Assembly: GCA_951804945.1 (NCBI GenBank)
Contig: OX638162.1
Location: forward strand, 10,726,001-10,790,000
DNA length: 64,000 nucleotides
From: Podarcis cretensis
Taxonomy: Eukaryota
Direction of reading: 5' to 3'
The position numbers were made by a program, and so were the translations under genes. Positions 53,201-63,050 of the stretch are shown here, in pieces. Numbering within the stretch: position 1 is the first letter of the stretch; every line of letters begins with the position of its first letter. The notes under the pieces were generated by a model, which was given only the letters and a program-made list of their open reading frames with translations, ran no database searches and was not told where the DNA came from.

Positions 53201-56200
53201 TCCTTTGGAGGTCTTTAAGCAGAGGCTTGACAACCATATGTCAGGAGTGCTCTGATGGTGTTTCCTGCTTGGCAGGGGGTTGGACTCGATGGCCCTTGTG
53301 GTCTCTTCCAACTCTATGATTCTATGATTCTATGATATAACTTAATCAATCAATAATACTTGGTGACCAGTTGTCTGTAAAATCATACCATGCCTTCCAA
53401 ACCTGATTAGAAATTCACAGAAGCAAGAGTTGGAAGTTTCTCCTCACTGTGTGACCCAGCACACAGATGGCTGGCCTAACAAGTGGTTACACACACACTG
53501 TGGCAAAGCTACAGCTTGGTAAATCTGCATTCTCCCCATGGAAAGCTCCAAATAGAACGGACGGGCAACAAAATGGCGATTGAGATGCAGTGTAAGAGCA
53601 AACTGATAAAGACAGCCAGTATCTTAATATATTTATATAAAATCTATTGTGCAACTTCATTTGAAACACTTGTGTGTAGTTCTGGTCACCTTAAGAAAAG
53701 ATAATGCAGAGCCTGAAAAAGCAAAGGGCGACTAAAGTAACTGTGGGGTTGAAGCACTTTTTCCCTAATGGGAAAAGGCAGAAGTATTCAATACTTTTTG
53801 AATTAGAAGCAAGATCAAGGAAAGACACAGTAAAGACTTAAAATTATGAATGATGTTGAAAATAGGGAGGCATTTTTTCTTCCTCTATGCTGGAACTCGA
53901 GCTAACCCAATGAACTTGATTAGCACAAGACTCAGGACAAACACAGTTTCACACAAAACGTAAAACACTTTATGGATTTTGTTAGCAACAGCTATTGCGA
54001 AGAGCACTATACTTTTTTTTAAAAGGTGGTGAAAATTCATTGGGCCTAATCAACAAACTATTGCCCTTGACTAGATGGAGCTAGATGCGGAGAACAAAAA
54101 GATGAATACCAGATGCTGAGGACAAACAGGAGAAGGCTGTTGACTTCCAGCTTCCCACAGGCATTTGGTTTGATGCTGCTGGAAACAGAATGCTGGCCTG
54201 GATGGACCTTTTGTCCAGCAGAGCAGTTCCTACGCTGTTCCATCCAAAACTGATTTCAGAGCACGCTTTTACATTTTTTTCTTGTTAATTATATATTCTT
54301 ATTTTCAAACACAATGGAGAAAATCCATGTAATGCAAGACTCATGCAACTTGTTCAACTCAGTTCATATCACACCATCCGTTCAGCTCTTCTTATAGGTT
54401 AACACCATCCACACCCATTGCAGAGGGAACACCAACCTTTGTGGGGGATGGTACTCCAAAAGATACGCAACATATACATGAGGGAAAGGCATTTCCTTTA
54501 TTAAGATTAGCAGCGATGTGGCGTCTCTATAAGCCATTACAGCACAAATGCAAAAATGGAGGTCAATGAAGGAACAAGGTTTCAGTCTTCCTTGGAACCC
54601 AACACATTGAAAAGCTGAATCAATTCTGTCCAAGTAGTCAGGCAAACATTGAAAAGAAACTTTTTCATAAAAAAATATCTCCTGTTTCAAGAGTCTGAAA
54701 TGGTGATGCGCCTGATCATTAAGGTGGAATGGTTACTGCATATGCAAAGCTGTTTAATGAGCAAGTTAGCATCAAGGTACCCTTCAGTAGGCTCCCAATG
54801 TAATTGTAACACTGAAACACCATGCGCTACTCTTTATGGCAGAGGGTGTTATGTTTCATGCTGCTAGACCCCTGCTCCTCCCACAACAGAAATCCAGCCA
54901 TCATTAGTATCAAAGGCAAACGGGCCTGGTTTTCATGCAGGACTAGTTCATTATGTAACAAACGGAAGTGAGGAGAAGGAAATGGAGACCAAGTGCATAT
55001 CTATTCTCTTCTGTGAAGGAAATCCTCCAAAGGCAGAACAGTTAATCTACATTGCACTAGAGTTTTCAAAAAGGGAAGGTTTTCTTTTTAAAAAAGATGT
55101 ATATACATTTATATCCACATGTAGACACTACTATATAAAAAGAGTGCACCAGAATTTGGTGGAATCTTGCCAAAAAAAATCTAGCTAGGATAAATACAGA
55201 TTAGATTATTCCTCTGTCTAAAGGGTGTCACTAATGAAAAGCTTTTAACTAAAATCTTGGGATACCTAGGAGATTTAATCAACAGTTCCTTCGGTAAAAT
55301 GGCTCCATGCCTTAATCAAGCTTATATAATGGGAAAATCTTTATGACTGAGGTAAAAACAGGATTCAGAGCATCCACTCAAACCTCTAGGGCCCATCCTG
55401 CCTATAAATTCCCAAGAAAAGGCACTAAGATCCCTCCGACATTTTAACAGGTCTTGTCATTCAAGATGCCTTCAGGTTCTGCATTACAAGGTTCCAAGCA
55501 TGGTTGCCCACCCTTGCTACTAAGTATGCTCCTGGTTTCCATTTCCTGCTGTGTGTGAGTGTCATGTCAGAGAGATGGTGGGATATGGCGCCTTACTGTA
55601 CTTCTCCTCCTTGCATCTCTGCAGAATCTCTAAGCTCCTCTGATGAACTGGGTGATGGAGAAAGCTAAAACTATCCACACTTTTCAAAACCGCATCATCA
55701 TGCCCTTGGGAAGCAAAACAAAAACATGGAGAAAAGAGAAAGATTACATAAGCAGAAACCAACGAAGAGTCAAGAACAGTGCGGACAACTGCCTTATTGA
55801 CACAGAATAGTTCAAAAGTGATGGGTGCTTTCTGCCTACGGACAGTAATTTCACCATTTCTAGCAATTCTGAGGAGTGCACAAGACAGAGATGAACTGAT
55901 TTTTTACTGGATCGTTGTAAGGCAAGTTGCTGGGTTTTGGGCAACTTCCCTTCGTTTTTTGAAAAGATAACGCTGCAGCCAAAATATTGAATTATAAATT
56001 GGAATCAACAATGAAACAGCACTGCATTTTATAATGCATGGCCATGATATGTGTTAACAGTTTTATCATAGCATTTTCATAAAATAGCATGACATTTCTA
56101 TGTTTAATGGGATTAATGAGCTCACTTACCCATTAGCAATTAGGATCACATTTTCCAAAGGGCATTGCCTAATGCATCATTTTAAATAAGCTGTTCTGAT

Positions 56201-59200
56201 TATTATAAATATGTGTATCTGATGTGGGCTGTGAATTATTTCCAGATTAGGTATAGCCTGCTGAAATATGGAATTCAAAACAAATCATAACAATTATTGC
56301 TTTTATGTGGCTCTTAGGGCTTTAATCTTGAAAACAGAAAACTATCATCCATGTCTCCAATAATTCTAATTATTACTTATCTTGTACTTCCAGTCTTGCA
56401 AAAATCCTGCATCAGATATGCCAGATTCTGCATGTGGACTCTCATAATGCAGGACAGGCCTATTTAATCTACATAGTTTATTCTAGATGCTCTCTTTGTT
56501 ACAGTTTTTTTACTTTCAAGCATCATGAGTTATTATTTGTGTTGGGCTTGATACATATTACTGTTGTTACAACATAATCAGGAAGATAAAGACTAAATGG
56601 CAGTGCCTCTTATGTTTGTAACCAAACATCAGAAAGGCTCAAGTCTTGCACTGTAACACTTGGGAACTGATTTTTAGTGGCAGATCTGGAGATGGTTCAC
56701 CACAAGGCGTGTGTTGAGGGTGTTGTTTTGAGTGACTATTACAGTTCACCTGTCATATGCAGGCACAACAGACACTCAAAATAACTCTCTGTATGAACAA
56801 CTTGTGAGGAATCGTCAGCAGATATGCCACAAGGTTTAGTTCATAGTTAAGCCAAGGGAGATTTGAAGTTTGTATAGTTTAAGTTTGCCCAAGACTTTTC
56901 TGCTGAAGAAACAGAGACATTCGAGTGATGTCACCAAGTCGTACTTGTGCAAAAAGAACAATTCATGAAACTATCATGTGATTGGACCATCAAATATTGC
57001 TTGGTTACTCAGTTACCACTGAGTATCCTGAGCTTGTTGAATCAGTCTCTGTGCTTATCTTTGCAATACAGGTTTTTTCAGCAATGACAGCTATGAAGAC
57101 AGTAGCAAGCTATCTATCAATACTGATCTCAGACTATGTCTGACAACTATCAAACATTGCATTGACCCACTTGTTGGAAAAATGCAAACTAAGCCATCCT
57201 ACTGATGATGCTTGCCATAATGAACTTTTTCATTAATTATATTTGACACTGCCTGTTTAATCACCTGTTTTTAGAATAACTTTCATAGTTTATGAATTAA
57301 TAGCCTGCAATCAGTTGACTGGTGATTCCCATTAAAAATAAAAAATTGTGAATAACTGCAAGTACTATAAATATTTCAACAAATTCTACACTGTGAAGGG
57401 TATTAAGTAAATTTTTGCTTGGATGCCTCAAATAATGGTTATTAGATAGGCGAACTTGCAATTAAAACACATGAAATTGACAGCTGCTGAAGACCTCAGG
57501 TCCAAAATTCATGTGACAACAAATCAATGGACCATCCTAACAAGCAAATTTGGAATTGTGGGTTGCAATACCAAAAAGCTTAGGACTAACAGCCCACATC
57601 ATATAATTTCCCTGCAAACTTTGTAGAAGCAAATCAGGATGAATGCTCAACAAACAAGTTGTCTGAAAGCAACCTTGATGGTGAAATGGAATACAAGACT
57701 GACCGAAGGAATGGATTAAACTGAATAAATTTCAGAACAGCTGCAGTCTAGATGTGGACAGACCACAAAAAAGTTCATTTTAAACTGGATGCTGCATATT
57801 TATTCTATGATCTTGACTGGGCAGTCTACCTCACATTATACCATTTTAACTACTAGCCTTGTTTCACCATCAATAGCCAGCAGAAATGGTTACATAATAG
57901 GGATTATACTGACAGTAACATGGGATAGCTAAATGCAACACAAACATAGCTCAAAACAGAAAGAGTTGCCAGATACTTAAAACAGTCTCGTGTAACTTAG
58001 AAGGGTGGCTATTTAACCTTGCAGCATATTCCTAACACAAATGGTTAAGATGGAGGATGAACCAAGAACTACAGCAAAATATGATACAGGACCACTATTA
58101 CAGGGAAATTACAATGGTGGAAATAGATTCTTTGCCTGAAATTTTCTACATCATCGAAATATTTCAATTTAAAAAGCCAGGGTTTGCATTCATAATGATT
58201 TCACAGGCCCACTTGAATGTGGATCATTTTTATGTGAGATATATTAATCAATTTTTAGTGTGGAATGCAAATCTTTCTTCACTAAAATTTGAAATACGAA
58301 CTTTGAAAATGTGATGTTTGTTTTTTACTTTCAGTTATCAGGATGAAAGTTTGCTACTATAAATGTAGAAGGGCTACAGTATCACTTGCTGAGTCAGGAG
58401 AAGAAAAGCACAAACTGTAGACACTTGCATTCATTCAACTCTAGAAACTTAACAGATGTACTTGAAAAGCTAAACTACATAAACAGAAATACAAAAAGCT
58501 ACAGAAGAAAACACTGCAAATAAATATTAACTTCAAGTTAATGCACAGCACCGATATTCAACATCACTGGCACGGAAAGAACAAAATAAAGTGATTTAAA
58601 ACGAACGAGACATAGGCATGAGATACTTTCCATATGTACCATAAATGTAACTGTAGAAGCTTTCTCAGACAATATTTCCTATTGCTTTCTGACTGTCCAT
58701 GAGATGTTCCACACACCTGTAGATAAAAGCTACCCTTGTAAAGAACAGCAGTATATGATTAAGGAAGTATATCTAAGAGTTGATGTGGAATGCTCACATC
58801 AGGAGTTCAAGCTATACCAGGTGCAAGAAACTAAAAAGCCCTGACTATTCCACTTAATGCTTTTAGATATTCTCCATGGTACATTTGTAACAATTAAAAA
58901 CAGATGAACTACAAGGGTCCAAAGTTTAATTTTTCACACCATCATTGCCTCCAACTAGATTTGAATTGGCTAGAAAATTTACCACTATTTCGCTGAAAAA
59001 TGCCCCCTCTGAAAGCTGCTTTTCTTAGTGAAAGCTACTCCTCCCCCACCCCCAGTACAAATCAATATGACTAATCTGACCCAATAATCCTTCCCACCCA
59101 CCCATGCAAGCAGCAGCTACTCCTATCATTATACATTTGTAACATGTAGTTTGGCCAGAGTGAAAACCTTTTAGCATCTGTAAAAACGTATTTTCATTTG

Positions 59201-60693
59201 TCCAAAAGGAAAGCTCTTATTCCCCTCTCCCTTTGAGTTTCCCATTTTTAGGAATAAGATCACAGCAATCTGCATTGTGTGTGTTTAATTCTTATAAATA
59301 ATAAAAGCTGCAAGAGACTGACACAGTTAACACTCTGGATATTTGTGAAAGCAGGTTAGGTTTTGTTTCTCACATGACATCCCCCCTCCCTGCCAAAAAA
59401 TGAAAGAAGAGCAAACATGGAAAGGCTGTATACCATCACATATGAGTATATTTTTGCCAATATAGCTTCTCAGCATATGCACTCACAGCAAAACACACAT
59501 TTGTGTCATATAAATCTGTAGTGAAAACATCCACCATCCTACATAAAACAATACCTTATGCAATAGCCCAAATTCTTGCTCTTCTAGCTATGTAGTTGAT
59601 AGACAAGTTAGTACCTGTGCCACAAAATCTGCATTTTGGTTTCTTGAACAAACTGACTGGTAGCCATGATACACTTGGAAGCGCTGAGCATATGAAAATT
59701 ACTGTGAAATAGACTAGAACATCAGGCACAATTCCATTATTCTATTTCTAAATTAGCAGCAGCCAGATTTTACTATAACATTTGTAAGCATACTTGCAAA
59801 ACTAATATCCTGAGTAACTTGTAATGCCAAATATTTTTGAATGCTCTTCAGTACAAATGCTTACATGCAAATTGTAATATGTAACAGCATTTGAGTATGT
59901 TCAATGTGAATCTCCCCAAAGACGATCTTTTACACATTTGTTTTGAGCTAATTGTTTTCAGTTTCGAAAAGAAAAAGGCCCCCAAAACGCAGACATGAGA
60001 GAAACAAGGACAAGCCTCACAAAATACTGTGCGCACCTTAAGCAAAATATCCTCAAATATACAAGGCTACAGATTCAGAGTCCATTAGAATGTAGTTTTT
60101 TGGGGGGAAAGGGGTTGAGGTTAGGTTATAGAAAGGTTTTAAGGAGAACCAGGACAAGAAGATGACCATAGCCCAGTTCACAGTAACCAGCAGGCCCCAA
60201 ACAAACAGCCTGGGAGAAATTAATTTTGTTATGATTAAATGCAAAAGGACTTTTTAAATGACCTCTGTTTTATAAATGTTAATAGAGGGGTTACTTTTTT
60301 CAAACCAAGAGTCCCATGCTAGTGGTGGGCATGGCCAATGTATGTACACACAGACAGAAATGCACTTACCAGACATGCCATCACACAGCACCTCTGTTGC
60401 ACCCAGTATTTCCAGCCCTCCCCATTCTGGTGCTGGAGTGGTAGTGGCTGGAATAAACTGTATTTTACTTTGCCCAGATCATTCTGGGCAAAGTGAAATG
60501 ACAGCATTTACAGTGATTCCCACACCAGTGCTAGAATGGTGGGGAAATGCTGTCTTTTACTCTTAAAGGGCAGGAAGAGGTCTTTGTTTTCTAGAGTAGT
60601 ATTGTGGTGCTGTGGTACTAAGACTGGAAATAAAATCCATCTACCTATTCTTTAGAAATCATCTCTAAATGTTCTATGCATTCAGACTTTGCC

Positions 60694-60724
<31 letters not shown>

Positions 60725-62516
60725 GGCTCAGTTAAAACTATCAACACTCCTATCAGGTATGTTTAATCAGCTTTAAGACTATCAAAAGCTCAGACAATAG
60801 TTTGTCCTAAACTATTAAGATCCATCTTATTTTTGTATTCATGGGATCATGAGGTTCATCTCTTATGTGCCACAAGCTTTGGGGGAGGGGGGGAATAACA
60901 GATGTAAAGCATATAAAACCTTGATTTCTTATAAAGCAAGATCTGAAATTGGAGACTAGCCTTTAAAGATACAGCAGACACCTTTGAGAGGTTCAAGAGG
61001 ACAAACCCATTTTATATGAAGATAGTTACAGTATACAACACCTACCAGTTTTCTTCTCAATGTGCCGCCTTCCTGCCTCCCTAAATGCAACTACACCTCT
61101 GAAGAAAGCTCTGAGGACCGCCCAACGAAACACAGCAACAGGATCAATTCCTATCATTCCACAAATAAAGGCACTCTTGCTGCTTCTTAGGAGAGCGACA
61201 ATGTCTGGTCGCATATGATCTGTATTTTTCTCCCGGAAATCCTAAAGAGGAAAGAAATGAAATAGAGTGTTCAGCAAGTCCTGAAGTAGTAGAGTACAAG
61301 TTTTCAGAGCAAAAGGTTTTGGGTTCAATCTCTGACATCTTCAGGTAAGCCTGGGAAAGATTCCTACATGAAACCCTGGAGACAGCCACTGCTTATCAGT
61401 GTACGACAACTCTGAGCTAGATGAACTAGTAGCCTGACTTGGTATAAGGCAACTTCCTATGTTCCTAAAACATTTGATTTCTACAATAGTCAGGGCAATA
61501 ATATATGCTCAATAGTATGCTGTACATCTGTTAAATGCATCTGTTAAAGCTGCTTGGCCGAATAAGGTTCTAAGACGTTCCTCAAGCTTAGCATTATTCT
61601 CTAGCACTTTTTGAAGCATTTACAAATTAGATGAAATATGCATTGTCACCGCTGCTAACATTGCCTAAGAAAGCAATCAAACTTGGGAAATATGAATAGG
61701 ATCATGGAATGACAAGAATGCAATGGAATCTCACTTATGGTCCTGCACTTCCCTATAAGAACTGTATAATAATTTCAAACTCAAGACAATGTACACATGT
61801 TCTTCATGTGATCTGTTTGTGCACATGAACATGATAAGCTTTTCCTACTGCAGGTGGGCTGTGCTAGAATAACTGATATTTTCATTTAAAAATTAGGCCA
61901 TACACATGCTCACATTCAGGTGCATTAAGTTCCATTCAAATCAATGGAACTTATATGCAGGTAACTATGGTTAAACGTCAGCTTCAACTGGGATAAAAAG
62001 GAAAGACAAAGGCAATAGGTGATTATGTTAAAGTGCATATACTCTTGATTCAATCCACCAAGTTCCAATATTGGCACAAATATAGGAAGAGAAAGAGTAA
62101 AAGTGCAGATTCAAAACTTACAGTACTGAAGTCGAAATCCCCATTCTACAGGTGATAAACCATCTGTCATGTATGTTTTAGTTGTGATTCCTGCACTGCA
62201 GGGGGTTGGACTAGATGACCCTCAAGGTCGCTTTCAACTCTACAATTCTATGGTTCTATGATAAGGATCACTTAATTCAACAGCAAGAGCCTCCAAAGGC
62301 ATTATTATGGCTTTCAAATATTAAAAGTTGCATCTATTTTTAGAGAAAATGTTAGCAGTGAACAATGTACAGACCTTCACACCATATTTAACTTTTCCAG
62401 CATAGTGTTTTATGATGAAAGCAGGTTCCATTACAGCTGGAAATTCAATGTAGAGGTTCCCTTCATGTTGACGCTTAAACTTGTCTAGTAGCGTTTGATT
62501 TGTGGCTTGTGGGAAA
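4829..62516 (-). CDS. MYO9A: Unconventional myosin-IXa, partial multi-exon gene (31 exons in window)
   Basis: Exons translate collinearly with vertebrate MYO9A (motor with loop-2 insert, IQ motifs, long tail exon, C1, RhoGAP GIYRKSG, coiled coil); all GT-AG and phase-consistent. Confidence 0.93.
5301..5503 (-). CDS. MYO9A: MYO9A exon (tail coiled coil)
   Basis: [16 protein letters not shown]...[18 protein letters not shown]; ctacag/gtaagt. Confidence 0.92.
7108..7463 (+). mobile_element. Sauria SINE, full length
   Basis: GGGACGCGGGTGGCGCTGTGGG head, ACCTTT tail, imperfect TSD ctatattta(g/c)tat. Confidence 0.92.
8221..8357. mobile_element. hAT-derived palindromic MITE
   Basis: CAGGG...CCCTG ends, internal inverted repeat, degenerate 8-bp TSD. 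Confidence 0.7.
8756..8809 (-). CDS. MYO9A: MYO9A 54-nt cassette exon
   Basis: [18 protein letters not shown], phase 0-0, strong polypyrimidine tract with ccag acceptor and gtatgt donor. Confidence 0.8.
9990..10113 (-). CDS. MYO9A: MYO9A exon (RhoGAP end)
   Basis: [41 protein letters not shown]. Confidence 0.93.
11397..11528 (-). CDS. MYO9A: MYO9A exon (RhoGAP)
   Basis: [33 protein letters not shown]. Confidence 0.93.
12054..12159 (-). CDS. MYO9A: MYO9A exon (RhoGAP)
   Basis: [34 protein letters not shown]. Confidence 0.93.
12636..13035. mobile_element. Non-autonomous hAT element
   Basis: CAGTGGTTTTAACC...GGTTGAAAACCTCTG terminal inverted repeats; GGCACC/GGTGCC subterminal motifs. Confidence 0.7.
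13592..13720 (-). CDS. MYO9A: MYO9A exon (RhoGAP)
   Basis: [42 protein letters not shown]. Confidence 0.94.
14413..14605 (-). CDS. MYO9A: MYO9A exon (RhoGAP start, arginine finger)
   Basis: [31 protein letters not shown]...[22 protein letters not shown]. Confidence 0.95.
17552..17613 (-). CDS. MYO9A: MYO9A exon (C1 domain, second half)
   Basis: [20 protein letters not shown]. Confidence 0.93.
18181..18292 (-). CDS. MYO9A: MYO9A exon (C1 domain, first half)
   Basis: [37 protein letters not shown]. Confidence 0.94.
19494..19620. mobile_element. hAT-derived palindromic MITE
   Basis: CAGGGG...CTCCTG ends, TSD gaatagac/gaacagac. Confidence 0.7.
19698..19745 (-). CDS. MYO9A: MYO9A exon
   Basis: [16 protein letters not shown]. 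Confidence 0.9.
20237..20495. mobile_element. hAT MITE with duplicated 3' terminus
   Basis: CAGGGCCGGCCC start, terminal repeat at both 20405 and 20495, perfect 8-bp TSD caactaag. Confidence 0.75.
21158..21346 (-). CDS. MYO9A: MYO9A exon
   Basis: [51 protein letters not shown]. Confidence 0.94.
21670..21862. mobile_element. hAT MITE
   Basis: CAGGGGTTGTCAACC...GGTTGACTACCCCTG, perfect 8-bp TSD ctctagac. Confidence 0.85.
22070..22186 (-). CDS. MYO9A: MYO9A exon
   Basis: [39 protein letters not shown]. Confidence 0.94.
22302..22479. mobile_element. Tc1/mariner (Tigger-like) MITE
   Basis: TA|CCGTATTTAC...GTAAATATGG|TA. Confidence 0.7.
22830..23019 (-). promoter_or_regulatory. CpG-rich promoter-like insert (possible LTR remnant)
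   Basis: On the minus strand: CRE-like ACGTCA, CCAAT, GGGGGCGTGG GC box and TTTAAA in promoter order; sharp CpG-rich island in an AT-rich intron. Confidence 0.5.
23354..23562 (-). CDS. MYO9A: MYO9A exon
   Basis: LTPPRSPEL...[21 protein letters not shown]...[12 protein letters not shown]. Confidence 0.94.
23969..24121 (+). mobile_element. hAT element 5' fragment with an internal 29-bp tandem duplication
   Basis: CAGGGGTCAGCAACCTTTTT start; attcctatgccccacaaataacccagag occurs twice. Confidence 0.65.
24276..24433 (-). CDS. MYO9A: MYO9A exon
   Basis: [23 protein letters not shown]. Confidence 0.9.
24690..24719. repeat. (AAAC)n microsatellite
   Basis: Direct reading. Confidence 0.9.
26017..26129 (-). 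CDS. MYO9A: MYO9A exon
   Basis: [31 protein letters not shown]; a second in-frame acceptor is possible at 26120. Confidence 0.87.
27030..27620 (-). mobile_element. Degenerate CR1-group LINE 3' fragment
   Basis: Reverse strand resembles CR1 ORF2 end and 3' UTR; boundaries approximate. Confidence 0.6.
27427..27916 (+). repeat. Source copy of ~490-bp local duplication (second copy 29237-30113)
   Basis: Near-identical text taccactatcatac...accaggcctgaactct in both places. Confidence 0.9.
28250..28580 (-). mobile_element. Sauria SINE (small internal deletion)
   Basis: AAAGGT tail on the left, head on the right, TSD gtg(t/c)atttactgt. Confidence 0.9.
29016..29142. mobile_element. hAT-derived palindromic MITE
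   Basis: CAGGTGTG...CACACCTG, TSD ctttattg/ctttatcg. Confidence 0.75.
29293..29663 (+). mobile_element. Sauria SINE, full length, young
   Basis: Intact head, CpG-rich body, (ACCTTT)3 tail, perfect 14-bp TSD taaagatccccaaa. Confidence 0.95.
30117..30247 (+). mobile_element. tRNA-derived squamate SINE head, 3'-truncated
   Basis: GAGAGCCAGTGTGGTGTAGTGGTT A box, GGGTTCG B-box region, GTGACCTTGGGCTAGTCAC core. Confidence 0.75.
30668..31133 (+). mobile_element. CR1 LINE 3' fragment, interrupted by a MITE
   Basis: Codons resembling [10 protein letters not shown]...KNFLTVRAV; ends ttccaactctacaattctatga. Confidence 0.85.
30955..31090. mobile_element. Near-perfect palindromic hAT MITE
   Basis: CAGTGTTTCCCAACCTTGTGCCTCCAGCTG...CAGCTGGAGGCACAAGGTTGGGAAACACTG; perfect TSD gtctagat. 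Confidence 0.92.
32441..32661. mobile_element. Tc1/mariner MITE
   Basis: TA|CAGTCGTACCTTGGA...TCCAAGGTACGACTG|TA. Confidence 0.88.
33083..34536 (+). mobile_element. 5'-truncated LINE (RTE-X-like), degenerate RT
   Basis: [16 protein letters not shown]-terminal RLCAC...HIFFRCPFY; (TAT)n tail; 14-bp TSD tactaatgaaccac at 33069-33082 and 34537-34550; clade is inferred. Confidence 0.85.
36739..36951 (-). CDS. MYO9A: MYO9A 213-nt cassette exon
   Basis: [23 protein letters not shown]...PCHSDSEM; phase 0-0. Confidence 0.88.
37724..37811 (-). CDS. MYO9A: MYO9A exon
   Basis: [29 protein letters not shown]; phase 2-0 joins its neighbours. Confidence 0.85.
37917..38048. mobile_element. hAT-derived palindromic MITE
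   Basis: CAGGG...CCCTG with internal inverted repeat. Confidence 0.65.
38820..40460 (-). CDS. MYO9A: MYO9A large tail exon (1641 nt)
   Basis: 547-aa ORF with [48 protein letters not shown]. Confidence 0.96.
41018..41337 (-). CDS. MYO9A: MYO9A exon (IQ motifs)
   Basis: [31 protein letters not shown]. Confidence 0.93.
41825..42563. repeat. Older interspersed repeat rich in AACCATGGTTT/GGCTTAG motifs (related copies near 21540-21900 and 43445-43740)
   Basis: Recurring motifs and loose inverted symmetry; family not identified. Confidence 0.5.
41986..42195. mobile_element. hAT MITE nested in an older repeat
   Basis: CAGAGCTTTCCAAAC...GTTTGGAAAGCTCTG; perfect TSD gtttagtg. Confidence 0.88.
42663..42812 (-). 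CDS. MYO9A: MYO9A exon (converter and first IQ)
   Basis: [34 protein letters not shown]. Confidence 0.94.
43888..44010 (-). CDS. MYO9A: MYO9A exon (motor)
   Basis: [41 protein letters not shown]. Confidence 0.94.
45047..45157 (-). CDS. MYO9A: MYO9A exon (motor SH2/SH1 region)
   Basis: [37 protein letters not shown]. Confidence 0.95.
45717..45855. mobile_element. hAT-like MITE
   Basis: CAGTGCTT...AAGCACTG ends; AGTACC(G/A)GCACC repeats; no clear TSD. Confidence 0.55.
46366..46446 (-). CDS. MYO9A: MYO9A exon (motor)
   Basis: [27 protein letters not shown]. Confidence 0.95.
46860..47202 (+). mobile_element. L2-like LINE fragment followed by (AAAT)n
   Basis: LFNIYMKP and YADDSQLY codons; (AAAT)n at 47165-47202. 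Confidence 0.6.
48034..48156 (-). CDS. MYO9A: MYO9A exon (end of loop-2 insert)
   Basis: [41 protein letters not shown]. Confidence 0.95.
48646..48871 (+). mobile_element. Tc1/mariner MITE copy 1
   Basis: TA|CAGTGGTACCTC...AGGTACCACTG|TA. Confidence 0.9.
48906..49130 (-). mobile_element. Tc1/mariner MITE copy 2, inverted relative to copy 1
   Basis: Same TIRs and TA TSD; interior is the reverse complement of copy 1. Confidence 0.9.
49300..49339 (-). CDS. MYO9A: MYO9A 40-nt exon (loop 2)
   Basis: [13 protein letters not shown]. Confidence 0.9.
49536..49670. mobile_element. hAT-derived palindromic MITE
   Basis: CAGG...GCAAACTCCGGCCCTCCAGAT / ATCTGGAGGGCCGGAGTTTGC...CCTG. Confidence 0.85.
50238..50381 (-). 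CDS. MYO9A: MYO9A exon (loop 2)
   Basis: [20 protein letters not shown]...[22 protein letters not shown]. Confidence 0.92.
50540..50615 (-). CDS. MYO9A: MYO9A exon (loop 2)
   Basis: [24 protein letters not shown]. Confidence 0.92.
53015..53335 (+). mobile_element. CR1 LINE 3' end
   Basis: [21 protein letters not shown]; (ATTCTATG)n tail. Confidence 0.92.
53655..54245 (+). mobile_element. Old CR1-group LINE 3' fragment
   Basis: Degenerate ORF2 end and 3' UTR related to 27030-27620; boundaries approximate. Confidence 0.55.
55597..55704 (-). CDS. MYO9A: MYO9A exon (loop 2)
   Basis: [35 protein letters not shown]. Confidence 0.93.
60693..60724. repeat. (AAC)n microsatellite
   Basis: Direct reading. 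Confidence 0.9.
61046..61241 (-). CDS. MYO9A: MYO9A exon (motor)
   Basis: [48 protein letters not shown]. Confidence 0.95.
61310..61467 (+). mobile_element. LINE/SINE 3'-end fragment (related copies near 7540-7780 and 47465-47520)
   Basis: gaaaccctggagacagccactgc...tgagctagatg...ggcaacttcctatgttccta. Confidence 0.6.
62186..62261 (+). mobile_element. CR1 3' terminal fragment
   Basis: gcagggggttggactagatgacc...caactctacaattctatg. Confidence 0.8.
62375..62516 (-). CDS. MYO9A: MYO9A exon (motor)
   Basis: [47 protein letters not shown]. Confidence 0.95.
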
Positions 62517-62865
62517 CTGAATGAAGAGAAGAGAATGTTTTTAGTTGATGATTTTAATACATGTATTCCTATAAGACATACAGATATATTCAGTTCCCAA
62601 ATCATTAGATAATTAGATAATTAGTAAAACAGCAACATGTCTATAGAGCTAAAATTGATTGGTTTTTCACTCTCCTTTTCTAGCACACAGGCACTAAGCA
62701 TCTCTGGGCTGCTTAGTAGGGAGACAAAAGAGTAGCGGCTTGATCAGCATATTTGCATCACAGCAAAAACTACACTCATATCATGCTTCAAACAAACTGG
62801 ATTTTTAAATTTTGTTTTCATGCAGGAAAAGAGTAGTGTGTGAAGAGAGCATTGTTGCTTAAGTG

Positions 62866-63018
62866 TTTATTGTTTTTCTCTCCTTTCAGTAAATGGTATA
62901 CAGTAGCAAAAAAGAAACAAACAGACCAGTAACAGGAAAAAACAAACAACAGAACCATCAACATAATGTTTGGTCACACACAGTGTATGTATATCAAAAT
63001 TCGGAAAAAATGAAGGGA

Positions 63019-63050
<32 letters not shown>

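Noticed and set aside
55744-55972. Extra exon upstream of 55704 (acceptor ggctgcag)
   Set aside because: Stop in the MYO9A frame and no convincing donor
4829-62516. MYO9B or a pseudogene
   Set aside because: Loop-2 and tail exons follow MYO9A; no stops or frameshifts across 31 exons
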